Positions 46,017 to 55,514 are shown, counted from the first letter of the stretch. The stretch is 64,000 nucleotides of DNA from Nannocystales bacterium (GCA_050633305.1 JBOEGF010000014.1:206879-270878), one strand, 5' to 3'. Translations and numbers: made by a program. Notes: generated by a model from the letters alone, not told the origin.

Positions 46017-46486
46017 ACCGAGTCATGCTCCTTCTCTTCGCGTTTGCCGGCAGTGCGTGTTTTGCACCAGGCAGGCTAACGGACGAAATGCCTGAAGACT
46101 TCCCCGCAATGGGGTGTGAGGACACGGATACGGACGCATGCGTTTCGTCGTCGGGCTCCGGCGGGGCGGGGGGATCGACGGGAGGACAAAGCTCCGCCAC
46201 CGCGCCTGCGGCGGACGATTGCGAGGCAAGCCAAACCTGCTTGGGCGAGGACTCTTGCGTCGCCGATTGGGACGCTGAAGCTGGGTCCCGCGGCCCCTAC
46301 ACCTGCCGGTTCGCCTGCGTCGCGCTGCTCGATGAGGCTTCATGGTGCCGTGACGATGCGGCCTGTTGCGATGCTTCGGCCCGGTGCACGGCGCGGGGCT
46401 ACTGCGTCCTCTCCGACTCAACGAACAGCGACGGCGCGAGTTCGGGCAGCGGGAGCACGGGCAGCGGGAGCACGGGCACGGAATGA
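46013..46486 (+). CDS. Cys-rich lipoprotein, tandem paralog 4 of 5
   Basis: ATGA overlap, lipobox GSAC, LTDEMPEDFPA, 10-Cys domain ending CTARGYC. Confidence 0.85.
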   Translation: MNRVMLLLFAFAGSACFAPGRLTDEMPEDFPAMGCEDTDTDACVSSSGSGGAGGSTGGQSSATAPAADDCEASQTCLGEDSCVADWDAEAGSRGPYTCRFACVALLDEASWCRDDAACCDASARCTARGYCVLSDSTNSDGASSGSGSTGSGSTGTE

Positions 46487-46941
46487 ACCGTCTGGCGCTG
46501 TCGCTGGTCGTGCTGCTGGCCGGGTGTGGGTCGACGGCGGGCGCGTCGGACCTGTCGGACGAGATGCCCGAAGACCTGCCCGCTGGGGGATGTCGTGACA
46601 CCGACGTTGCGGGGACGAGCGGAGGCGGAACAGGCGGCCTCGAGGGCTGCGACCAGGCCACGACCACCGGGCCAGCGGGGTCCGGCACCACCGGCACGGA
46701 GGCCGACCCGGAATGTGCTGGGGCGGGCGACTGTGACGACGGTGCGGGCGCCTGTGTCGCGGATTGGGAAGCGGGCGAGCGAGGCCCGTTCACGTGCCGG
46801 TTTGTCTGCATTCCGACGTTGGACGAAACCTCATGGTGCAGCGACGATGCGTCGTGCTGCGACGCAGCGGCGAGCTGCACACCCCGTGGCTACTGCATCG
46901 TCTCTGGCGGCTCCGACGGCAGCTCAACCAGCGGAGACTGA
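46483..46941 (+). CDS. Cys-rich lipoprotein, tandem paralog 5 of 5
   Basis: ATGA overlap, lipobox LAGC, LSDEMPEDLPAG, 10-Cys domain ending CTPRGYC. Confidence 0.85.
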   Translation: MNRLALSLVVLLAGCGSTAGASDLSDEMPEDLPAGGCRDTDVAGTSGGGTGGLEGCDQATTTGPAGSGTTGTEADPECAGAGDCDDGAGACVADWEAGERGPFTCRFVCIPTLDETSWCSDDASCCDAAASCTPRGYCIVSGGSDGSSTSGD

Positions 46942-49680
46942 CCCGCTGAGCTCGATCGTATCGAGGAGCCACAGCACATGGTCCAGCAGTGACGCCTCGG
47001 GGTCCGCGGTCGAGGCACTCTCGCGTGCGACTTGGGCGAGGGTACGCGCGCGTCGCAGGTCGACGGGCATGTTTGCGACGGCGAGGTAGTAGCGGACCCG
47101 CCTCGCGAACCTTCCGTCCGAGCCGCTGGCGATGGGGAACACGTTGAGCAGAGGTTCAAGCCACTCGCGCGCGAGTTTGGGCTGTCCACGGTTGACATGG
47201 GCGCAGCCGATCAGGAGGCGGTAGCGACCCAACCTCGCGGGCTCGTTGGAGCCGAGCTTGGTCAAGATGCCGAGCCCCGCCTCCAGGCTTCGAATCGCCT
47301 CGTCGTAACGCCGAGCCTCGTACTGCGCGGAGCCAAGGTTGAAGAGGTTCTTTGCGACACCCGGGTGGTCGTGACCGTCGACTTGTTTGCGGAGGACCAG
47401 CGCCCGTTCGAGGGTCGCGATGGCGCGGGCTGAGTCGCCTTGTGCCTTGTACGCGGTGCCGAGGTTTCCGAGCACGACCGGTACGAAGGGGTGCTCTGCG
47501 CCGAGTGTGTTTTGAAAACTCGCTTTGGCGCGTTCGAGCACTTCCACGGCCCGCTTGGGCTCGTTGCGCGTGATGTAGAGACCCCCGAGGCTGGTCAAAG
47601 CGCGCGCGGTCTGGGGATGGTCCTCGCCGTAGATTCTTATGTATGTGACGAGGGCCGAGGTGTAGTGGTCCAGGGCGTCGTCGAGTTGACGCCCGACTCG
47701 ATCTGCGCCGCCGAGGTTCATGTCGAGGCCCGCTTGTAAGAGGGGGTCGGCACCAAGCATGCGCAGGACCGCGCCGGCATCGGCGCCTAGCGACCGAGCC
47801 TCGGCGTGTCGTTCTGCGTCGCGGCCGACGATGTAGATCAACCGAATCAGCGCGAGTGCCCTCGTCGTATGATCGTCGGCGACCTCGGCGAGGCGGAGCG
47901 CGTCACGCAAGCTCTTCTCCGCCGCTGGGTAGTTGCCCGTGCGCTCGGTGTATTGGCCCTGAACGAGGAGCCCGGCCGCCTCGGTGCTGGGGTCGTCGTA
48001 TCGCCGGCCCGCGGCAATGACACCATCGGCAAGCTCGATGGCGCGGTTGTAGTGCGCCAACCCGCCGTGAGCCCGAGCGCGGGCGAGTTGGGCATGTGCC
48101 TGATTGAGCGCCTCGGCCGCCTCGGGTGCTCGTGCCACGGAGAAGGCCTTGAGCCTTCGGGGGTCGGCGCAAGCCTCGACCGGCGCGAGGGTGACGACGG
48201 CTTGCACCGCCTGTTGCGCGATGCCTTCTTCGCCGGTCGAGAGCACACCAACCAGCTCTTCGACGGTCCTGCGTCGATTCTCGAGGCAGTGCGCCTGGCG
48301 TTCAAGCATGACTGCATCGGCGCTCTCGACCAGATTCGCTGTGCAGTGTGCTTCGGAGCCGCGCGCCCAGTCGTCAACGTAGGTACTGAGCATGCGGTCG
48401 ACCGTGGACCACGTTGCAGCAGCGTACGGGGTGTTCGGCTGGAGGAGCGCGGCTTCAACGGAGGCCTTGCGCTCGTGCCAGAAAGCCTGAAGCGGCGCAC
48501 CCGCATCATCGCAGACTCCGACCTCGAGGGGGTCGGGTCGCGTGCCCGCATAGACCGCTCCTGCGAGAACACTGGCCCCCACGAATCCGAAACCGACGCG
48601 CCGCAGCGAGCGTAGCGGGCTCTCATGTAGCGCCTCCACCAACGCGCTCATCGATGCGAACCGGTCTCCAGGGTCCGTTGCGAGCCCTGTTCGTAGAGTC
48701 TCGAAGATTCGGCGAGGGGCGGTCGCGGTGCCGGGTGGGGCTTGAATGCGACCGGTGACGACATTGCCGGCGAGCTCTCCGTAGGTTCGCCCGGCGAACG
48801 GACGGACGTCGGTCAGCGCCTCCCACAACGAGACGCAGAAGGCGAATTGGTCGCTGGCCGCCGTTGTTGGGGACGCATTGTGCTGCTCGGGAGCCATGTA
48901 CGCCGGGGTGCCCATGATCGCCCCGGTCTGCGTGAGGGTTGCGGACTGTTCGTTCCTCGGTTGCTCATCTGGGATCGTCGGAGTCGAAATGTCCGAGCGG
49001 GATAGGCCGAAGTCCATCACCCGAGCGCGGCCGTCCTCGCCGAGCATGACGTTGTCGGGCTTGAAGTCCCGGTGCACGATGCCTGCCGCGTGCGCTGCCT
49101 CGAGGCCCCGCGCTGCATCGCAGTACACCCGGACGATCTCCTGCCAATCGTGAGTTTCTCGCGCCCACTCGCGGAGCGTGGCTCCGTCGATGTACTCCAT
49201 GGCCACGAAGACCTGTTCCTCGAACTTCCCCACCTCGTGAACTGTGACGACGTTCGGATGGTTGAGCCGCGCCATCGCCTGGGCTTCACGTTGTAGGCGG
49301 CTGGTCCCGTTGGAGCCTCGGGTCGCATGTTCTGCGAGGTCCGGTCGAAGGAGTTTGAGCGCGACTTTTCGGTCCAGCCCAGGGTCGTAGGCGCTGTAGA
49401 CGACACCCATGCCCCCGGCCCCGAGGCGGTCGAGGATTCGAAAGCGCCCGATGCGCTCGGGGTCGTCCGGGGGCGGAGGAGCCGAAGCCCCGCCCCGTGC
49501 TCCGTGACCCGTACCCTGCGTGCCCTGGCTCGGCGCGGAAGCGGGCGCGCGGTCGCCAAACAGCTTGGCCCGGGCGCCTGCCCGAATGCGCGCCCGATCG
49601 CGGGCCTCCACCTCGGGGGCCGGTCCCATTGCACCCTCGCCATCGCGGGGGGCTGGGCCATCGGGCGGGGTGTCGGACAT
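46924..49680 (-). CDS. Membrane Ser/Thr protein kinase with C-terminal TPR repeats
   Basis: LGAGGMG, VALK, VHRDFKPDN, DFGLS, GTPAYMAPEQ, a TM helix, and kinesin-light-chain-type TPRs (GEDHPQTA, GAEHP). Confidence 0.95.
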   Translation of the reverse strand: MSDTPPDGPAPRDGEGAMGPAPEVEARDRARIRAGARAKLFGDRAPASAPSQGTQGTGHGARGGASAPPPPDDPERIGRFRILDRLGAGGMGVVYSAYDPGLDRKVALKLLRPDLAEHATRGSNGTSRLQREAQAMARLNHPNVVTVHEVGKFEEQVFVAMEYIDGATLREWARETHDWQEIVRVYCDAARGLEAAHAAGIVHRDFKPDNVMLGEDGRARVMDFGLSRSDISTPTIPDEQPRNEQSATLTQTGAIMGTPAYMAPEQHNASPTTAASDQFAFCVSLWEALTDVRPFAGRTYGELAGNVVTGRIQAPPGTATAPRRIFETLRTGLATDPGDRFASMSALVEALHESPLRSLRRVGFGFVGASVLAGAVYAGTRPDPLEVGVCDDAGAPLQAFWHERKASVEAALLQPNTPYAAATWSTVDRMLSTYVDDWARGSEAHCTANLVESADAVMLERQAHCLENRRRTVEELVGVLSTGEEGIAQQAVQAVVTLAPVEACADPRRLKAFSVARAPEAAEALNQAHAQLARARAHGGLAHYNRAIELADGVIAAGRRYDDPSTEAAGLLVQGQYTERTGNYPAAEKSLRDALRLAEVADDHTTRALALIRLIYIVGRDAERHAEARSLGADAGAVLRMLGADPLLQAGLDMNLGGADRVGRQLDDALDHYTSALVTYIRIYGEDHPQTARALTSLGGLYITRNEPKRAVEVLERAKASFQNTLGAEHPFVPVVLGNLGTAYKAQGDSARAIATLERALVLRKQVDGHDHPGVAKNLFNLGSAQYEARRYDEAIRSLEAGLGILTKLGSNEPARLGRYRLLIGCAHVNRGQPKLAREWLEPLLNVFPIASGSDGRFARRVRYYLAVANMPVDLRRARTLAQVARESASTADPEASLLDHVLWLLDTIELSGSVSAG

Positions 49681-49740
49681 CTACGGCCGATCATGCCTCG
49701 GTGAGGCCCGGGCACGCAAAGCGGCTGTTACTCTCCGCCC

Positions 49741-50367
49741 GTGGCCACGGACATGGAGCTGCTCGAAGCCTGGCGCGGCGGTGACCGCGAGAGCGGTAGC
49801 GAGCTGTTCGAACGCCACTTTGACAGCATTTGCCGGTTCTTCGCGAACAAGACCGATCGCGACGTCGACGACATGGTGCAGCGGACGTTCGCGGCGTGTG
49901 TCGAGGGCAAGGAGCGGTTTCGCGGTCAGTCTTCGTTTCGTACCTACCTCTTCGGCGTCGCGCACAATGTGCTGAGGGCCTCGCTGCGCAAGCGACGGCG
50001 GGACAACGATCGCTTCGATCTTGGCATCACAAGCGTCCACGACCTTGGGTTGAGCCCGACCGTGCTCGTGGCCAAGCGCAAGGAACAGACGTTGACCCTC
50101 CAGGCCCTCCGCCGAATCCCGGTCGAGCACCAGGTCGTGCTGGAGCTGTACTACTGGGAAGAGATGACGGCGAAGGACCTCGGCGAGGTCCTCGAGATCC
50201 CCGAGGGAACGGTCCGCGGTCGCATCCGTCGCGCCAAGAAACTCCTCGAAGAGCAACTCAAGATCCTCTCCGACGATGACCGCATCCTCAAGAGCACGAT
50301 CAGTGGTCTCGAGACATGGGCCCGTGAGCTCCGTGCACAGGTCCTTCCGGGCGACAACTCGAGCTGA
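49741..50367 (+). CDS. ECF-type RNA polymerase sigma factor
   Basis: DMELLEAWRGGD, DDMVQRTF, SFRTYLFGVA, region 4 LEIPEGTVRGRIRRAK. Divergent from the kinase. Confidence 0.92.
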   Translation: MATDMELLEAWRGGDRESGSELFERHFDSICRFFANKTDRDVDDMVQRTFAACVEGKERFRGQSSFRTYLFGVAHNVLRASLRKRRRDNDRFDLGITSVHDLGLSPTVLVAKRKEQTLTLQALRRIPVEHQVVLELYYWEEMTAKDLGEVLEIPEGTVRGRIRRAKKLLEEQLKILSDDDRILKSTISGLETWARELRAQVLPGDNSS

Positions 50368-50370
50368 CCG

Positions 50371-51435
50371 ATGAGTCTGGCCGCCCACGACCGCACCACC
50401 CTTGGCGCATGGCTCGTCGCGCGGGGGGAGTCTCCGACCCACGCGGGCAGGCTGTTACGGGCGTACTACAGCGGCGGGCAGTTTGATCCGAACGCATTGA
50501 GCATCGGAAAATCGCTGCAGGCGACGCTTCGTCACGACCATTTTCCGGCCGCATCCGTCGTTCGAGATCGGGTCGTCTCTTCGGACGGGACAACCAAGCT
50601 CTTGCTCGGCCTGCGGCGGGGCGGCGCGATCGAGACGGTCATGATGCCCTCGTACCGCGATGGCGAGGCGTGGTGCTGCGTCTCTTCGCAGGTTGGATGC
50701 GCGATGGGGTGTGACTTCTGTGCGAGCACTCGCGGCGGTTTGGAGCGAAACCTCGAGGTCGATGAGATCGTCGAGCAGTTCGTACACGTGACCCGAGTCG
50801 CGGCCGAGAACCATCGCTCGGTGCGGCGTCTGGTCTTCATGGGGATCGGCGAGCCGATGCACAACCTGGACAACGTGCTCACCGCGATCGACCACATCGC
50901 CCGCCAGGGCCTGGGTGGACTGGGCTGGAGTCGGATCACGGTGTCGACCGTTGGCATCGTCCAAGGGATCGAGCGGATGGCGAGGTCCACCCATCCCCCG
51001 TTTCTCGCGCTGAGCCTCCATGCTCCGGACGACGAGACCCGCGCGAGGATCGTCCCCACTGGCAAACGCTACGACGTCTCCACGATCTTGGCGACCGCCC
51101 GCGAGTACCAAGAGCGCACCGGTCGAATCGTGACCATCGAGTACTGTCTGCTCGCCGGGGTCAACGACAGCGAGGAACAAGCCGAGTTGCTGGCACAGCG
51201 GCTCGAGGGCTTTCGTCCGCACGTCAACGTGATCCCCTACAACGCTACGGGGGCCGGACTGTCCGGCGTGGTCTACATGCGGCCGACCGCTCGAGGAGTC
51301 GCGCGGTTTCTGGACCGACTTCGTCGCCGAGGAGTCGTCGCGCACGCACGCGATACCCGTGGGGATGATGTTGCCGCCGCGTGCGGGCAGCTTCGCGATG
51401 CGGACCGAGCCGCGCCTCAGGCATCCGCCAAGTAG
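50371..51435 (+). CDS. rlmN: RlmN/Cfr-family radical SAM RNA methyltransferase
   Basis: DGTTKLL, CVSSQVGCAMGCDFCAS (CxxxCxxC), FMGIGEP, SLHA, NVIPYN, AACGQL. Confidence 0.8.
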   Translation: MSLAAHDRTTLGAWLVARGESPTHAGRLLRAYYSGGQFDPNALSIGKSLQATLRHDHFPAASVVRDRVVSSDGTTKLLLGLRRGGAIETVMMPSYRDGEAWCCVSSQVGCAMGCDFCASTRGGLERNLEVDEIVEQFVHVTRVAAENHRSVRRLVFMGIGEPMHNLDNVLTAIDHIARQGLGGLGWSRITVSTVGIVQGIERMARSTHPPFLALSLHAPDDETRARIVPTGKRYDVSTILATAREYQERTGRIVTIEYCLLAGVNDSEEQAELLAQRLEGFRPHVNVIPYNATGAGLSGVVYMRPTARGVARFLDRLRRRGVVAHARDTRGDDVAAACGQLRDADRAAPQASAK

Positions 51436-53279
51436 GCGTAGACCTCGGCGACCGAAAGCGGTCGGTCGTAGAGGTATCCCTGCCCAAGCTGGCAGCCCAA
51501 CCATCGCAGGACGTTGGCCTGCAGCTGGTTCTCGATGCCCTCGCCCAGCGTGCGGAGTCCCAACGCGCTGGCGGCCGTCATGATGTGACGAATACGTCCC
51601 GAGGTCATCTCGGTGCCGTCGATCCTCGAGACGAACCGTCGGTCGATCTTGAACCCATCGAGCGGGAATCCTCGCAGGTCGTCTACGGTGCAGTCACTGA
51701 GGCCGTAGTCCTCCACCCACACTTTGCTGCCGACCGCCGCGAGGCCTTCGACCAGTGTGCGTGCTTCTGCGTTGTGGTCGGCGATCGTGCCGGCCTCGAT
51801 CTCAAACCGGACCGCCGACGCCTTGAGCCCCGTCGTCATCAACATCGAACGCACCCGCTCGACGAAGAGAGGGTCGAGCACCTGGGGCGCCGAGAGGTTC
51901 ATGGAGATGCACAGGTCCGGGAGGTGCTCGAACTCGGAGTGCCAATCCGCCATCTGCCGCATGGCAGCCTCGACGCACCAGTAGCCGATCGGGACGATGA
52001 GCTGGCTGTCGTTGGCAGCGTTGATGAAGTCGGACGCCGGTCGCTCCTCACCATCGGGGTGACGCCATCGAATGAGGGCCTCGAATCCGTACGGTCGCTG
52101 GCTTTGGATGTCTACGATCGGTTGGTAGGTGACGGAGAACTCTTCACGTTGCAACGCCTGGGATAGGTCGGAGGCGAGCACTTCCATCGTCGGGCGCGGG
52201 TCCTCTCCAGTGGGTTCGACGTGCAGCGTTGGCACGCGTGGAATGATGACCTCACCGCGGGCTCGGTCGATCGCCGCTCGAGCGTTCGCATCGCGGCCGC
52301 GGCCCCGGGCAAGCCCGAATCCGAGGTCGAGATAGAGGTTGTCGTCGTCGTGGTCGTAGGCGCGTTGAAGTTCACGGCGGACCGTGTCTGCAGCGGCGAG
52401 GTCTTCGCCCTCGGGAAAACCGCGAAACAGAACCACGTAGCCCGTCTCGCCCACAGGTGCGGCGACGAAGTCGTTGGCGATGTGGGCGAGGCGGAGCCCA
52501 ACCTGAGTTCGTAGGGCGGCGACGTCGGTGTCGGAGAGAAGGCTGGAGGTCTGGATGGGAGCAGTGTCGATGTAGAGCGTCGCGTATCGGTAGTCGGGAT
52601 CCGAGGCTCCGCGCTCGATCGCAGCCGCGAGCCGTCGTCGCATCGCGAGGGTGGTGAACAAGCCGGTGTCGGGGTCGAGAACACTCGAGGCGTCCGCGCC
52701 TTGCATCTGGGTGATGCCGCGATGGGTCTCGATGCTTCCAAGAATCGCAACACGAAGGGCCGCGGGGGAGAGCTCCGCAAACGTCAGGCACTCCGCCGCG
52801 CCCGCCTCTCGCAGACTCACTCGCTCGGCGGCGGGGTCGTCGGCGGTTAGTTCCTGCACGACGATGAACGGCGTGAGGATGTTCTGTTCGAGGATGCCGC
52901 GCTGCACGCTCGCCCCCACGTAGTCGTCGAACGCGAGAATCGCTGCGATGCCGCCGGACGACAGACGGGCGAGCGCTTCTGTGGAGTGCGCGCAGAGTTC
53001 GACCGAGACCCCGTACGATCGGATCTGGGAGAGCATGGCCTGGACTTCACTCGCGTGGGCAGAAGACCCGCCCACGACGAGCACCAGGCAATCCTCGGTG
53101 GGACGGACAGCGATCGCAGCCCCAAGATCGGACGGATTCGGTTGCAGTGTCCGCGGATTTTCAACGTCCACAGCTGGGAGATGGGCGGCGGCAGACACGA
53201 CTTGCGGGGCTTCGACCGGACCCCTCCACACCTTGAGCCCCTGCACCGGATAGGGACGGCTGCTAGGCCCCCCAGCCAC
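51417..53279 (-). CDS. REC-like, degenerate GGDEF and EAL domain protein
   Basis: YQPIVD, EALIRW, MNLS, FEI, KIDRRF, EGIE, QGYLY. The GGDEF position reads GETGY. The true start is probably downstream of 53279. Confidence 0.85.
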   Translation of the reverse strand: MAGGPSSRPYPVQGLKVWRGPVEAPQVVSAAAHLPAVDVENPRTLQPNPSDLGAAIAVRPTEDCLVLVVGGSSAHASEVQAMLSQIRSYGVSVELCAHSTEALARLSSGGIAAILAFDDYVGASVQRGILEQNILTPFIVVQELTADDPAAERVSLREAGAAECLTFAELSPAALRVAILGSIETHRGITQMQGADASSVLDPDTGLFTTLAMRRRLAAAIERGASDPDYRYATLYIDTAPIQTSSLLSDTDVAALRTQVGLRLAHIANDFVAAPVGETGYVVLFRGFPEGEDLAAADTVRRELQRAYDHDDDNLYLDLGFGLARGRGRDANARAAIDRARGEVIIPRVPTLHVEPTGEDPRPTMEVLASDLSQALQREEFSVTYQPIVDIQSQRPYGFEALIRWRHPDGEERPASDFINAANDSQLIVPIGYWCVEAAMRQMADWHSEFEHLPDLCISMNLSAPQVLDPLFVERVRSMLMTTGLKASAVRFEIEAGTIADHNAEARTLVEGLAAVGSKVWVEDYGLSDCTVDDLRGFPLDGFKIDRRFVSRIDGTEMTSGRIRHIMTAASALGLRTLGEGIENQLQANVLRWLGCQLGQGYLYDRPLSVAEVYAYLADA

Positions 53280-53991
53280 CGTCGACGTCCAGCGTCTGTC
53301 CCGTCACGTAGCGGGCGCCCTCGCCGAGCAGAAACCGAATCACGTCGGCGACGTCGGCGGCGTCACCCACTCGCCGCAAGGGGACCGTCTGCGCGTACGC
53401 TTCGAAGCCTTCGTCCCCGACTTCGGCAGTCATGTCCGTTCGGAGGAGTCCTGGGGCGACCGCGTTGATCCGAATGCCTCGGGGTCCCAGCTCGTGTGCC
53501 AGCCCGCGGACCGCCGCTTCGATGCCTCCTTTGGCCGCGGAGTACGCGACTTTCCCGGGGAGCCCATGTCGGGCCAGGTTCGAGCCGGTGAACACGACCG
53601 ATGCGTTTCGCGCGAGGAGCCCTCGGCGCAGAAGTCCCCGCAGAAGCACCAGCGGCGCTTCGAGGTCGGCGCGCAACTGGAGCCGCAGAGGGTCATCGGT
53701 GGCCGTGCCTTCCTCGAAGCCTCGGCGCATGGCGACCCCGGCGTTGAGCGCGATCGCGTCGAAGGCTCCACTATCTTCCTCTATGGTGGCGAGCAGTCCG
53801 GACATCGCGGCTGCATCCTCCAGGTCGGTTCGCAGGAGAGTGAGCTGCGCGCCCGTCGTCGCGGCCAGGAGTTCACGGCTCGCCTCGGACTCGTTGCGGT
53901 GAATGCCAACGACCTCCATGCCATCCGCCAACAGCCGTTCGACCAAAGCACGGCCGATCCCGCGCGATGCACCCGTGACGAATGCCCTCAT
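53263..53991 (-). CDS. Short-chain dehydrogenase/reductase
   Basis: TGASRGIG, NAG, YSAAK, INAVAPG, VTGQTLDVDGG. ATG 53991 overlaps the folB stop. Confidence 0.9.
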   Translation of the reverse strand: MRAFVTGASRGIGRALVERLLADGMEVVGIHRNESEASRELLAATTGAQLTLLRTDLEDAAAMSGLLATIEEDSGAFDAIALNAGVAMRRGFEEGTATDDPLRLQLRADLEAPLVLLRGLLRRGLLARNASVVFTGSNLARHGLPGKVAYSAAKGGIEAAVRGLAHELGPRGIRINAVAPGLLRTDMTAEVGDEGFEAYAQTVPLRRVGDAADVADVIRFLLGEGARYVTGQTLDVDGGWGA

Positions 53992-54668
53992 GCCGAGACC
54001 TCGATCTCGTCTGCGGGAATGAAGGGGGGCGTATCGCAGCAGAACACCGTCGCCCGCCGGTCGCTTTGGTTGTCGTATCCGTGGACGTGGCCCACGGGCC
54101 ATTCGCGGACGGTATGGATCGGGAGCCGCGCGCCATCCCACGACAGCTCGCCGTCAATGATCCATTCAAGCTCCCGCATCACCTGATGATGATGAGGCGG
54201 AATCGACTTGCCCGATTCGACATGGAGCAAGTACAGACCGGCCTCCCGCGTCTCGAGCAGGATCTCCACCTGACCGAAGCGACTGGTCTCGAACCGGCGT
54301 GGGTAGTCGGCCCGGCTCCGCTCAATCCCGACCATGGCGGCATCCGCGACGCCCGCAAGCGCTCGAGGTTTGTTCAGTCGGAGCGACGTGGTCTCCACCA
54401 CGGGGTGGAGTCCCAGGAGCATCGCGCAGATCTCCTCCGCTGCGGCTTCGAGGAGTTGGTAGCGCCGAAACGTGAGCATCGCGGCGACTTCCGTCGCAAT
54501 CCGGGCGTAGTCGCAAGTGTCACCGATGCGGCCGGTCCTCCCTGGCTTGCGTAAATCGAGGCCCAACTCGAGATCTACGCCTAGTGGTTGCGGATCGTCG
54601 CGCTCGTGCGGGTGAACCCCGATGATGCAATCGACCTGGAGTCCGCGGATCGCGATCGTGTCGCTCAC
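53988..54668 (-). CDS. folB: Dihydroneopterin aldolase fused to a cupin-like domain
   Basis: IIGVHPHER...QPLGVDL, DYA, LLE, LNKP. C-terminal IPPHHH...ELEW...HVHGY cupin motif. Confidence 0.8.
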   Translation of the reverse strand: MSDTIAIRGLQVDCIIGVHPHERDDPQPLGVDLELGLDLRKPGRTGRIGDTCDYARIATEVAAMLTFRRYQLLEAAAEEICAMLLGLHPVVETTSLRLNKPRALAGVADAAMVGIERSRADYPRRFETSRFGQVEILLETREAGLYLLHVESGKSIPPHHHQVMRELEWIIDGELSWDGARLPIHTVREWPVGHVHGYDNQSDRRATVFCCDTPPFIPADEIEVSA

Positions 54669-54881
54669 CGGCGGACTCTACCTCCCAAACCACAAAAACG
54701 CTCCTAGGGCAGTTTCGGCAGGCTGCGGAGGCCTTCATCGGTCCCCATGTGCGCCCGCGGCGGTGTGCTAGACCGAGGAACTCGGGCCCGAACTTTACGC
54801 CGACGTGAATCAGCATCATTATCCGGCGTCCAAGCTACGGCAACGCCGTTCGCTCGGTACACGGCTCACGTGGAGACTGAC

Positions 54882-55457
54882 ATGCTTTTGAAAAAACTTT
54901 CCCTGGCTACCCTCGCTTGCCTCTTCGCCTCCGGCTGCGTCATCACGGATGCGGACGACGACGGCGGCAGCGACACCGAGGTCACCACCTCGCCGACCAC
55001 CGTGACGCCAACGACGACCGGGGTGGACACGACGGACGTGACCGAGACTGGAACGACCGGCGACGTCGACCCGACCACCGGAGGCAGCACCACCGGCGAG
55101 CCCGGAGCAGGCGGTTGCGGTTGGGGCCCGATCGCTGGCAACGAAGAAGTGCCCAACGGCTACCAGTGTGGAATCGACGGCACGGTCGATCCTGACGGAG
55201 CGTTCCCCATCGACTGCTCGCCCAACGCGATTCTCGTGGCGGGTACCGACTGCACCAAAGCCGGGGTGACGGCTGAGGGATGCTGCGACGCCAACGGTGA
55301 CGTCTGGTACTGCATCGACCCCGACGGCGACGGACCTGAGACCCCCGAGGTTGGCGGCGAAGACTGCGGCGATCCGACGGGAACCGACACGGACGCAACC
55401 GACACCGACGCAACCGACACCGACGCCGACACCGACGGTACGACCACCGGCAAGTAG
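54882..55457 (+). CDS. Cys-rich lipoprotein with Thr/Asp stalks
   Basis: GGAG upstream, lipobox ASGC, central Cys cluster (GCCD...WYC), followed by a terminator. Confidence 0.75.
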   Translation: MLLKKLSLATLACLFASGCVITDADDDGGSDTEVTTSPTTVTPTTTGVDTTDVTETGTTGDVDPTTGGSTTGEPGAGGCGWGPIAGNEEVPNGYQCGIDGTVDPDGAFPIDCSPNAILVAGTDCTKAGVTAEGCCDANGDVWYCIDPDGDGPETPEVGGEDCGDPTGTDTDATDTDATDTDADTDGTTTGK

Positions 55458-55476
55458 GCCGTTCCTCTCTCAACGC

Positions 55477-55514
55477 AAAGAGCCCCGCTCGGCACCAGCC
55501 GGCGGGGCTTCTTC
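55477..55514. terminator. Intrinsic terminator
   Basis: Stem AGCCCCGC (55481-55488) / GCGGGGCT (55502-55509) followed by TCTTC, between convergent genes. Confidence 0.65.

Noticed and set aside
44408..46941. Array read as RiPP precursors (motif as leader) for the nearby radical SAM enzyme
   Set aside because: The radical SAM at 50371 has RlmN/Cfr motifs and no SPASM or RRE features. The array proteins have lipoboxes and an even, conserved Cys pattern that fits disulfides better.
51417..53279. Active diguanylate cyclase
   Set aside because: The GGDEF motif is absent (GETGY). Only the EAL domain is recognisable, and its DDFGTG loop reads EDYGLS, so even phosphodiesterase activity is uncertain.
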